Assembly: GCF_009914755.1 (NCBI RefSeq)
Contig: NC_060927.1
From: the human T2T-CHM13v2.0 reference genome, Homo sapiens
Reading direction: 5' to 3' (one strand)
DNA: 64,000 nucleotides
The position numbers were made by a program, and so were the translations under genes. Positions 33,266 through 45,949 of the stretch are shown here, in pieces. Each line of letters starts with the position of its first letter. The stretch's first letter is position 1. The notes beneath the pieces are model-generated. The model did not search any database, was not told where the DNA came from, and saw only the letters and a program-made list of their open reading frames with translations.

Positions 33266-35264
33266 CGCTCCGCGTGTGCGGCGCTGTCGGCGGGGGCGCC
33301 GGTGACCGCGGGACCCTCGGCCGCGGCGGCGGCGCAGCCACACACCCCAGCTCCCGCGGATGTTCCGGCCGTGTGAACGGACCGTGGTTCCCGGCTCCCA
33401 GCGGAGGGAATGAGTGGTGGGCCGGTGGGCCGGGGCGCCGGCGCCCTCCTGTCGGGCTAACAAAGTCATTGGGAGGCAGGGTCGATCCGCTTGTAACTTT
33501 TTTCCCTCTGGGTCCCTAAAGCTGTTGTTGCTTCAGGGACTTCAATACACATCCTGTTATTCTTATGTAAACTTTTGTAAATTCATTATACTTTTTATTT
33601 TTGGTTGCTGGGGGTAGGCGGGAGAGGGAAAGGAGAAGTCTGGGGTTTTGTGGAGACATCTCTGGGGGTGATTTAGACTTCAAACCTTCTCTTTCCTCTT
33701 TGTAATGAGTAGGGGTCCTCAGAGGATGGTGTTTTATTTCCTGATGATGTAACTACCAAACAATTCTTCAAGTGATGATGGAAAGGCCAGATGAAATCTT
33801 ATTTTTTTCAGTGTTTTTCCTGAAAGAACTTCCTCTTTCCCCATTTCTGCATGCCTGTGTTTTAACGAAAGCAGTTAAAACTATCATTTTTTGGCAGGGA
33901 AAAAATTTTTAAAGAAATTAAATGTTTTGTGCTGTACTTTCAAGACAATGTATAAAATTAGAACTTTAGAGCCAGTTTTAATGTTTGTTCTCTTCTACCG
34001 GCAAACAAAATAAAGCCAAAAATAACCACGTGAAGAAAAAAGAAATTAGCCAAATGTGATTGAATTAAGAATATTATCCTCTAGTATGGGGTAGATTTAC
34101 TTGTACAAATCCTACTTCTTGTGAATGAGAATTCACCTCCGAATTATAAGAGAAGTCATACCTAAAGTTCTAGCCCAACTATATGAATCTGCTAAATAAA
34201 TTAGGGACGTGGCATTCTTATTTGCAAGCTTCAGATGAGTAATTTTAGTAGCTTGAGTCCTTTTAAAACCTCTTTTAAAATTACATTAAAATAGGATTGC
34301 TTCCTATTATGATGTACATATGTCTGTAGAATTATTGTTTCCATATGTTTTGTCAAACAAGAATGACGAAAATAGTCTGCTCGCTTCATTTTCTTAGTGT
34401 GGAGTGGAGAAAGGATGTTTGCAGAGTTGTTAGTGGAAATGGTGTGGAATAAAGATGCAGGGCACAACATTAAATGTATGTCCTCTTCACTAAATTGGGA
34501 GTTCACTTTATCATTATTCTAGATCACTCTAAGTACCTACTGAGAAACCTAAAGTAAACTCACTCTTGCTTTTCATATACAGTATACTAAGAGATGTGAA
34601 TTACACATACTCTTCAGCCGAACTTAAAATTTAATATTTGATTTGCAATTGTGTACTAACATTTTGGATGTTGAGTTTGTAGTTTTGTTGGTTTTAACTC
34701 TTCTGCCCTATACTTGTGAATTGCATTGTAATCTTTTTAGTCTCCTGTGCTTACCTCATACTTATTAAATATCCTTTTTGAGACTTTTATGCTGCATTTT
34801 TTATTACAAATGAGATTAAATGACTTTTATGAAAGTTGTATGATGCATAAACACCTGAATCTCAGCCCCAAACTGATAGCATACTTTTACCCCAAAGCTA
34901 ACAGTTTTGTAGCTTGTTTTGCATCTTTTTCCCTCTGATAGGCAAATATGTTTCCTAACATTTAACACTACCATTTGTTTCTTTCTCACATATCCATACT
35001 CAAGTTTTGCATTTATTTTCATTCTTTTGACTTGCTGGTTCCCATGAAATATGTTAGTATTATTTCCTCCTTTTCTTTAGCTATATTCTGAAGAATAGAG
35101 GAAAGAGGATTAGGGCTTCTACTCCTTGTATGCCCTTGCCTGGTACACTACTTGCCTGGTTACATTACTAATGTGTTACTCCTGAAACATCAGTCTCTTG
35201 ACCCAGCTATGACTCAGCTTTCCAAGTGAGGTCATAGTTATGTGACCACTGTCTTCAGGAACCA

Positions 35265-35465
35265 ATATTAATAGCCCTCATTTGTTGAGCTTTTAGATCA
35301 TACCTACCACCATACTTAGTGCTCTACAAGCATTTCATCATTTAATCTTCACAACACATTTTGATGTGATATGATCCATTCTTTTCAGATAAAGACATTT
35401 AGAAGGCTAAAGTGGCTTGACCAAGGTCACACCGCTACTAAAGTAATGATACAGGGATTTAAAGC
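35265..35465 (-). mobile_element. MIR
   Basis: catttaatcttcacaac..ttttcagataaagac..gtggcttgaccaaggtcacacc. Confidence 0.75.
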
Positions 35466-35470
35466 AATGT

Positions 35471-35535
35471 TTACATATATAGCCTTCTACATATATAGTC
35501 TTACATATATAGCCTTCTTCTACATAAATAGTCTT
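35471..35535. repeat. Short minisatellite, 4 units of about 14-19 bp
   Basis: tacatatatag(c/t)ctt repeated. Confidence 0.85.
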
Positions 35536-37676
35536 GTCTTCTCCTAATAGTTTGTTCAGAATCTCTCAGAGGTATGTTTGGTAAAGGAGTGTTCAGATTT
35601 AACTGAGAAGTTTCTGTTTATTTTCTAGACTGAATCTTGAACTGGGAAAGCCAAGACTCATCCTCTTTTTTGTGGATTTGTGGATTTACTGACAGTTTTC
35701 TGGAAGGTGGCAGCAACGTATCTTGTTCTAGTAAAATTAGAATATCATCACCATTTCACTTCAAACGAAAGTCAAGGGTTTTGAGGGAGCAGGACCTTTA
35801 ACTGATACAAGAGTACCCTGGGTGGTGTATTGCAAACTCCAACCAGCTGTTGGCATTGTGCGCCATTGGCCACATAAGTAGATGAGTAGACTTTTATTTC
35901 CTTCCCTCTTTCAACCAAAATTCTTTCTGAGATGTAATTTTTATTCTCTTGGTTTCTGAAATTTTCTTCATTTGTGAAATTCTCTTGGTTTCATTTGTGA
36001 AAATAGTAGAGTTATGATCACTGTGCCTCAAAATTGGATGAGAGAGTTTTACTTCCTAACCTTGTTCTGTCCAATTACTTTTGTGACTTTCTTTTCATTT
36101 TTTAATCAGGAATTTACTACAAATAAGCATACCTAGACACCAAGGTCCTTTCTACAATTAGTAATCTGAGTTTATGATCTAAATCAGCACTAGCTTTAAA
36201 CTGTTATTTAGAAATGATACAAAGAAATTTTTCTACCAAGTTCATTGCTTTCTAATGCGGGAGAAGGGGTTTGTAGGTAACAAGGCAAGAAACAAGGAGA
36301 TACCAACTAGATTTAGCCATATTATATTATGTCAAAGACAGCTTAATATCACCAGTTTCCCTGGTTCGAGCTAATTGTCAGGAGGCCATGACAATGACCA
36401 CATTAACAGGTGTTATTAGTGAAGTCAGTTGCTACTGACCATAATTACAACATCATCATTATTTAACTTTTAAAAAATACCATTAATATACTGCTAATCA
36501 CATCAAGCCAGTTCCTCTTTTTGAAGTAACTGCTCTTATTTTCTTTCATGTCTTCTCTCCCTGCCTTTGTTTCTTCTTTTGACTGGTCATGTCTTTCAGT
36601 CATCCAAGTATAGTAAGTGCCAAAGAAGCAGTAATTAATAGGATGTTTCTTGCAGCTACCCAAAATTTTCATTGCTGGTCCTTTGGTCATTTAAGCAGTT
36701 GGTACGCTCTGCTCCCTAGGAGCTCTGCTTTGAGCTATGAGATGGTAATGCTAACTTTGTATATGACATGTTTGCTTCTTTGCCTCTGTGAGATAGTATA
36801 TATGGAAACACTGTCATGTACAAAGAAAAACAGCAAGACCTGTATAAGACCTGGTCTTATGGACCTGGTCCTGTATAAGAAGCTGAACAGAGTGGGAACA
36901 GACCCAGGATTGCATAGGGAGAGGTATAGTTCCATGGTCCTGCATTGCTTCAGACTACAGTTGGATTGGCCAGAATATGAGCTTTCGGTGTTTATTGCAC
37001 CCCACGCTACCTTCTACCACCTTACCCACAGCCTTCTTGCAAAGCAGCTTTGCCACTGAGCACTGGATAACCTTGCCATGGATCCGATCCTGTGCTTCTA
37101 CTCTCCGATCCCTTCTCCTCTGCTGCTACACAACTTAGGACGAAGGCTGAAGGGACCTGTAGGCAACTGTGAATGTGGAGCCAAAGGGGATGTCTGTGGT
37201 AAAAGAACCTTCTCTCCATGCCCTAGACAATCATTTTTCTAATCAACCTCATTTCTTCACTCTTCTTTCACTCTTCTTTCAGTTCTTTGGGTGCCACCTG
37301 TCTGGCTCTGTACATGTAGATACCCACATGAAATATACCATATCTCCGCACTTAAACTGTACTTAAAAGAGCCTTTAACCAGCAGACCTTAATATACATA
37401 TAAACTGCAGTAACTGAATATATATATGAACTGCAGGTCTATATATATAGACCCTCTTTACTTTTATCTGTAGCCTGAATCTCTGGTCCCAGGCCTATAT
37501 ATGGTCCGCAGAGTTTCCAGAAGGCTTCCAATTATTCTGCTCATACTTCAGCTGACTATGACTCTAGAACAGTGACATATGTACCTTGAGAAGTGATTAC
37601 AGTAGTAGTGTCCATGTGATGCTAGGGAATGGGAAGTCCTTTGTTATTAAAACATTAAAATGATGATATTTTGTGG

Positions 37677-37744
37677 TTTTAAAATTAATTTAAAATTTTT
37701 TTGTTTTAAAATTAATTTAAAATTTTTTTTATTTTAAAATTAAT
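37677..37744. repeat. AT-only tandem repeat, about 27-bp unit, 2.5 copies
   Basis: ttttaaaattaatttaaaattttttt twice plus a partial copy. Confidence 0.85.
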
Positions 37745-38569
37745 AGGCACCCTTCATAATTTGGAAAATGCATAAAAGTAAAAAATTTTACATGTAGTCC
37801 TACCACATGAATACTGCCAACTATTAACAATTCAATGTACTGTGTTTCTTTTAGTCTTTTTCTAAGCATTTATAAAGCATCATTTTCGTAGTGTGGATGG
37901 ACCCTGTATGTGTATGTATATGTGTATGTATATTATGTTTCTTTTTGCCTTTATTATATATTTCTGAATCATGTTAGTGGCTTTTCTGTAGACATTGGGC
38001 TATTTAAAAGCGCATGTTTACATATTCTCCCTAGCATTGGTGGTCACAAAGCCAACTACTGCCTGTTGGCCCCCTAACATTGCCACGGTCTTGTTCCTCA
38101 TCAAACAAAGCAAGGAAGTCTATTTAATAAGGAATCATCTGTTGGTAAGAGACTTCCTACCCTTGGTTTACAGGGGATGCCATAAGTTGGCTATGGACTC
38201 TAGTGAGCATACTAGTAGGTAAGTAGAATGACTTAGAAAGAATGAAGAATTGGTAATGTGACGCCACTGTAAGATTATTAAATGGGAAGCAGGAAAAGTC
38301 TGTTACTTAGGTCCAGTCCATTTGCTTATTTATTCCTACAAACATTTTGTGTTTCCTTGGTAACTAATAATAGTTTTGAGAAAATGTTGAACTCACAAGT
38401 ATTACTGCAGAAGTGAAAAAAAACCCCCAAATCACAGAAATTAGAGACGGAAAAGACCTATTAGGTCATCTTCCCTGTCCCTTGCCAGTACAGATTGTTC
38501 TCAGTGCTTTGTTCAGTCCATTTTTTAAAGGGACCTTGTCATATAATTTGTAGCCCATCTCTCTCTCTC

Positions 38570-38864
38570 TTTTTTTTTTTTTGAGACACAGTCTCACTCT
38601 GTTGCCCAGATTGGAGTGCAGTAGTGCAAGCTCGGCTCACTGCAACCTCCGACTCCTGGGTTCAGACAGTTCTCCTGCCTCAGCCTCCCTAGTAGCTGGG
38701 ATTATACATGTGTGCTACCACGCCTGGCTAATTTTTGTATTTTTAGTAAAGACGGGGTTTCACCATGTTGGCCAGGCTGGTCTCGAACTCCTGACTTCAG
38801 GTGATCTGCCCGCCTCGGCCTTCCAAAGTGCTGGGATTATAGGCGTGAGCCACCGTGACTGACC
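38570..38864 (-). mobile_element. Alu (AluSz/Sx-like)
   Basis: Full dimer, poly-T with (CT)n. Confidence 0.95.
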
Positions 38865-39559
38865 CATTTCTTTTTTAAGTAATACATTTTTAAAGAAACC
38901 ACTGACAGATTTTCCCATGTAGATGTGGAGCTTGATTTCAGGGTAAGTATTTGCAGAGAAAGACCTGTGGATTCAAAGTACAATTGAACAAGTTTTGTTA
39001 GTTTGAAGTCATTGGAATAGTTTAGGATGTCTTTGGAATAGTTGACCAACTAAGAGTAGAACAGTTAGGTAAATTGGATTTATATGTTTTCTTTTATCTT
39101 TGGAACTCAAATAGAGCAATTCCTGAGCATAAATTTTAATTATAAACTTCAAGACTCATTGAAATGGTCCTAGAAAGCCTGAGAAAATAAAGCATCCAGG
39201 AAGTAAAAAAATAAGAGTAAAACTATTTCTTCTAAGATTATTTTTATGAAAATTACATTTTAAAACGTCCCTTTCGGTTCCAAATTCTGCTTTGTCCATT
39301 ATTTATGTAGTTAATTGCTTGATATGAAGGTGGCTTCTAATTGTAAAATCCTTTCCTTTTGTCTGGCAACTTCTTCCAGACTCTAGAAGGACAAAATAAA
39401 ACTGTCTCATATAAGCAGTCAGTGGTGGTGGTAAGACTAAATCTTCCACTTCCTCATATAATGGCTGGAAATGTATTCACTGAGAAAAATGAACAAATTA
39501 AGAGTAAAAGGTGTGCTTAGAGTTTTATTAAGAAGAATGATCCTTTCATAAAATCATAT

Positions 39560-39715
39560 TTTAGGGTATAAGAGGCCTTAGAAAACATCTGATCTTCTTA
39601 TTGCCACTCTCTGTTCCCATTTTTAAATAGATGAGATAACTGGAGCTCAGAGAGGTTAAGGGACTTGCCCCAAGGTCACACAGTAAATTGGTGACCCAGT
39701 CACTGTGTTTTCTGG
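39560..39715 (-). mobile_element. MIR/MIRc
   Basis: agatgagataactggagctcagagaggttaagggacttgccccaaggtcacacag. Confidence 0.8.
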
Positions 39716-40229
39716 GACTGAATGTTTCTTTTGGGAAACATGAAAAAATGGCACAAACAGTGTGATTAGTATCTGAAATCCCAATTAATAATTGAGTAAT
39801 TTACCTAGCTTATACTAACTGCAAAACTAATTTGGAACATTAATGAGCTAGTTGTCTACTTTATGGATTAGAAATGTTTTCTTTTGTTGCATTTGTTTTA
39901 AATTGGAGATTTATAGATTGCTGCTTATCATCTCAGGCCACTAAGATTGGCCACATGTCAAAACCCTAATGGAGATGTCTGAACTTTTAATATAAATTTC
40001 TGTGTTATCATGTAACACCATTATCTTGCATGCTTGCCAATTGGGGGTTCTGTACATGAGAAATTCTATTATAATTTATGTCACTAAGCATCCAGTCTAC
40101 ATCATAAAATGCAGGTTTGGAAGATATGTCAAAAGTCTTGTGTCTACGCTTAGATTGAATTATCTCTCAAAACTTCAGTGTTTTATCTAAGAATTGGTAC
40201 ATGCACAGTCTAGTTGTTATTAATCAGTG

Positions 40230-40670
40230 CCGAACAGCTCCAGAGATTTTTTACTTCCCCAGCAAGTCCATTCCATTCCAAACTGAGAACTGGCTGCTTC
40301 TAACTTCCACTCATTGTTCTTCATCTTTCCATGACACCATGTTGAATAAATGCGTTGCTTTGACATAAAAGTCTTTTAAATATTTGAAAAGTTTGTCTTG
40401 AGTCTTCAGTTATTCCTATATTATATCATTTTAGTCTTTTCACACCCTGTGTCCAAAAGGTTGGTGCTTAGAATGAACAGATTATTTCATCATGATTATT
40501 TCAGCATTATCAGAGTTATCCTCCCCTTTTATAGGCTATGTGAATGTGTGTGTTGGCTGGGGGGTGTTGTATAAACAGATTTTCTTACCATTTTAGACAA
40601 CCATATCACACTGTTGAGTCAAAGAGCTTACTGATCATCAGTCTTCTAATGAACAACTGCACACCCAAAT
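40230..40670. mobile_element. Possible L3/CR1 relic
   Basis: Degenerate similarity only (aagtccattccatt.., ttttaaatatttgaaaa, atcacactgttgagtc). Confidence 0.35.
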
Positions 40671-40759
40671 GTTGTCATCATGTACTGCTTCTGTGATAAT
40701 CTAGGATAATCACTTCTATACTGGTTTTGTTTGTATGACTTCATTGTTATAATAATAAC

Positions 40760-40955
40760 AAAAACAATAATAGGTGACACATTTAATGTTTAATTGATGT
40801 CAGACACTACACGCTTTACAAATAGTAACAACTTTAATCCACATAATAACCCTATGGGATAGATAACTGAGGAACAGAGAGGTTAGGTAATTTGTCTAAG
40901 ATCACAGAGCTAGGGAATGATGGCACCAGAGTTTGAACTGCATACTGACTCCAGC
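40760..40955 (-). mobile_element. MIR
   Basis: tttaatccacataataaccctatg..aactgaggaacagagaggttaggtaatttgtctaagatcacagagcta. Confidence 0.8.
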
Positions 40956-43248
40956 AACTTCTGGGGAAAATCACACTCAGTGTTTTGTAGTAAGATTTGG
41001 ATTTAGGGGGTAAACAGTACTAACAGAGAGTTACAGAACTTTGTACTTCTCTCATCTGCTATTTAGTTCATTGGACTTGAACTATGGGCTAGGAGAGTGA
41101 GAATGGATCTTGGAGATTATCTAGTTAGCAGCCCTTATAGTTCATGGAACTAAGACCCAGGCTGTGCAGTAGCCTGTTCAGGGATATGCATATGGGAAAA
41201 GCTCAAGCCAGAATGGAGTGCTTTTTTACTGAAGAATTCTAAAATGTTTCTGCTTCATATAATATCCTCTCTCTGTCCTTTTTCCCCTTCTTTCTCCTTG
41301 TCTTCTCTCCCTTTTTATTTATGGTGCTATCAGTGTTAGAACAACAATAATAGAAAGTACATGGAAAAGATCACTTAAAATCCTACCACACCATGTTTTA
41401 AACTATTTTCATGTATTGCTGATTTCTGAATCTGTTATCTTGTTAGATTATGACATTGATTTAAGTTTCATAGCTCAAATATGGAACCTCTATAAAGAAG
41501 TTCCAGGGAGTGGAAAGGGAAGGGAAAGGAATTGCTGTTATTTATTAAGAGCCTACTGTCTGTCAGTCACTCTGCCTACCTGCTGTCTCTGATGTCTCAA
41601 ACTTCCTTCCCACTTTATGGGATTCTGTAGGAGGACCAGCACAATACCCTGCACAAAGTGAGCATTCTGCAAACCTAAAGAACGAGGAAATGAATGAAAG
41701 GAAGTGCTTTGAATTCAGCAGAAGAAAGAGATAACAATCATGTGCGAACTACTCCCAGCTATTGCCTATTGACTGTTAGCTTTCAGTTCATTTTTGTACA
41801 ATTTAACCATTGAGGCAAATGTGTATACAGGATACCATGGAATGCTGTTTACAGGTATAGATTTTGGTTCTTGTACTTTTGAAGCAGCTGAATACTGATA
41901 AGGCCTGTGTCCAGAAACTATTTTTTTCCTTCATTTAATCAGGTTTCTTTACTTCCTTGACCACAAATATTATTTGCTAAGGAAATTTCTTCTTTGGGGT
42001 GGTATTTAACCATGCAAGTGGGGAAAATTGTGCTACGATACTGTTCTGACAGCCTGTGGACTTGAGGGAAAAAACTGCAGGAGCAGAGTTTCCTTTCAGC
42101 AGTCAACTATAGGCTCAGTCACTTCTTGACAAAACATAAGTTAAAATAGTGCTGATTTCTTTTTGAACATAATCAATTCTAATGGAAACTGTTCCAGCTG
42201 AGTTTGGAAACACACAGAAGCAGCCTTCAGTTACCATTGAGGCTATTATTGCCCTAGTAATACCAAAGAGACTCTTTCAGCCTACTTATTTGTATTGGAT
42301 GCTTGTAGGGCTATTTCATGGGGACCTGGTGTTGACTCTCAGTGACTTCCACTTTGACTCTGAGATTTATCTTCAAATGCTGATGCATTCTAAGATTTAT
42401 AGAAGTACAAACTTATCTTATTATTGCTAATTTGTCCCATTACTAGACTATGCCCCTTAGAGTTATAATTATGACTAGCCCAATTACATTTTATTGTCGT
42501 GCCCTTTTTTGGCAAAAAATAAAATTTCTTTGTTAAACTCAAGGATTTAAAATTTAGCACAAGTTCATAAACTTACTTTGATACTTCTTCATTTCCTTTT
42601 TAAAAATACATCAGTAGACTCAAAATGTAAAAGTGGCTTAGGGCTCACTTGACCTCTGAAAGGTGGCTGACTGACTTTTAGTTAAAAACAATATTTGTCT
42701 ATATATCTCTGTCATCTATTTGTGGCTACTATGTGTTGAAACTTTGTGGAACAGATATCTTTCTCCCTTCTTCTTCCCTCCTCTCTGCCCAAAAGACACA
42801 CACACAAACACACACATGTACACACAGAGACTTGAAGGCTTTTGTGTACATTTACCAACTACTACAACAACAAGAAATGAAGAACAATACAGCTCAACTC
42901 TGTAAATCTAGAATGGGGAATCTATTTCCCAAAGGCTGTATGCAGTATCTTTTCAGCGAGTCATGGTAGCCTCCAACAACTAGTAGCACTCTTTGTGCAT
43001 GAGGATATTTCTGACTAAAAATCCACCTTTGTTGATAATGTTTGTTCACTGTAAAGGAATTGAGTGGATAAAAGAGGTATTACACTTTCCTTTCTATATC
43101 AAGGAAGGTGGAATATTCAAACAGAACACTCTATGTGTGCACACGTGCACATGGACGTGAGTGAGAGATGATTTATAGATATAGAAGAGTCCTACTGTAT
43201 TCTTTTAAGAGGTATTCAGCAACTATTTGTTGAATACCTTCTGTGTGT

Positions 43249-43346
43249 TTATCACTATGCTGAGTTCCTGGTGAGAGGGGAATGAGTGTAAAGCAGGGAT
43301 GTTATCACTATGCTGAGTTCCTGGTGAGAGGGGAATGAGTGTAAAG

Positions 43347-43354
<8 letters not shown>
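43249..43354. repeat. Perfect 53-bp tandem duplication overlapping the MER30 left end
   Basis: ttatcactatgctgagttcctggtgagaggggaatgagtgtaaagcagggatg at 43249-43301 and 43302-43354. Confidence 0.93.
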
Positions 43355-44660
<1,306 letters not shown>

Positions 44661-44782
44661 GAATCATGGCATTGTTAGAAAATTCTTTTTCAATTTCTTA
44701 TATAAGTACAATATATTTATATGAAATGGAACTGGGAATACCCAGATATACATATAATATAGATATGGATATGATGTAGATA

Positions 44783-45075
44783 TTGAGATAGGGCCTCATT
44801 CTGTCACCCAGGCTGGAGTGCAGTGGCACAATCACGGGTCACTGCAGCCTCGACCTCTTGGGCTCAATTCATACTCCCTACTCCCACCTCAGCCTCCCAA
44901 GTAGCTGGGACTACAGGTGTGCACCACCACACCTGGCTAATTTTTTTTTTCCATAAAGATGGGGTTTTGCCATGTTGCCCAGGCTCATCTTGAACTCCTG
45001 GGAAGGTTCAAGCAATCCATCCACCTTGGCCTCCCAAAGTACTGGGATTACAGGCATGAGCCACTGTGCCTGGCC
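44783..45075 (-). mobile_element. Alu (AluJ-like)
   Basis: cactgcagcctcgacctcttgggctcaa; gttgcccaggct. Confidence 0.92.
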
Positions 45076-45234
45076 TCCTGTTGTATATTAATACTTCTCT
45101 TAGGTACTATCTTCGGACAATTGGTGATGTGGAGCAGCATCTATTGAAAAATTTTAAATGTCTGCTCTGAGAATAAAAATAAAATGGGTCTATGAAGTTG
45201 TAATTAAATAGGAGACTTTATTTTGAACTTATTA

Positions 45235-45417
<183 letters not shown>

Positions 45418-45949
45418 CTAGAGAATGGTTTTTGAGCCATTTACTTGATAAGTAATTATGATTTACCAAAGGTTCTTCCCAGAGAAAAGTTGGTGGCTGG
45501 GTAAAGATCTCCCAGGCTACAACAAACAAAACAAAACAAAACAAAAGCACCCCTGAATATTAATGAGTTGGTTCGTTGGTTGGTTTTGTAGAGGTGCCTG
45601 TTTGATCCATCACTGAAAATAGAGAGAGGCTCTTTATGTTTTAGGTACACCCTCCTAACTGCTTAACCTATCAACAATTTTATATACTGGCTGTGGAAGG
45701 TAAAGTAGAGAAAAGAATCTTCTTAGACTGCTTTTTGTAGAGATATGAACACTTTATCTTCATTTTTCTCTCTTCCAGCAAAAGAAATTCTATAACCATC
45801 TTTGTTGATTCATTTTGATGTTTCATAAATTTCCTTGCAAAAAAATAACTCTGCTAAGAACTTTAGCTTGTCTCTTTTCTCTCCATGATCTTATTGGGCT
45901 TTCATCTCTTTACTTAGTTGTTTAGAATTGTGCTTCTTAATTTTTATAA

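Larger units (their letters stand above)
33080..33490. promoter_or_regulatory. FILIP1L: CpG island; internal promoter of short FILIP1L isoforms
   Basis: Abrupt switch from AT-rich DNA to a very GC- and CpG-dense stretch with GC boxes, CRE, CArG and a downstream consensus splice donor on the minus strand. Confidence 0.9.

Noticed and set aside
36360-36375. ggttcgagc B-box-like motif suggesting a tRNA or Pol III gene
   Set aside because: No A box, cloverleaf or terminator context.
36589-37059. 156-aa plus-strand ORF
   Set aside because: No recognisable homology or codon character, and composition typical of random intronic ORFs.
43211-43238. 12-bp hairpin ggtattcagcaa/ttgttgaatacc as a miRNA or terminator
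   Set aside because: Too short, and L2 tails are intrinsically self-complementary.
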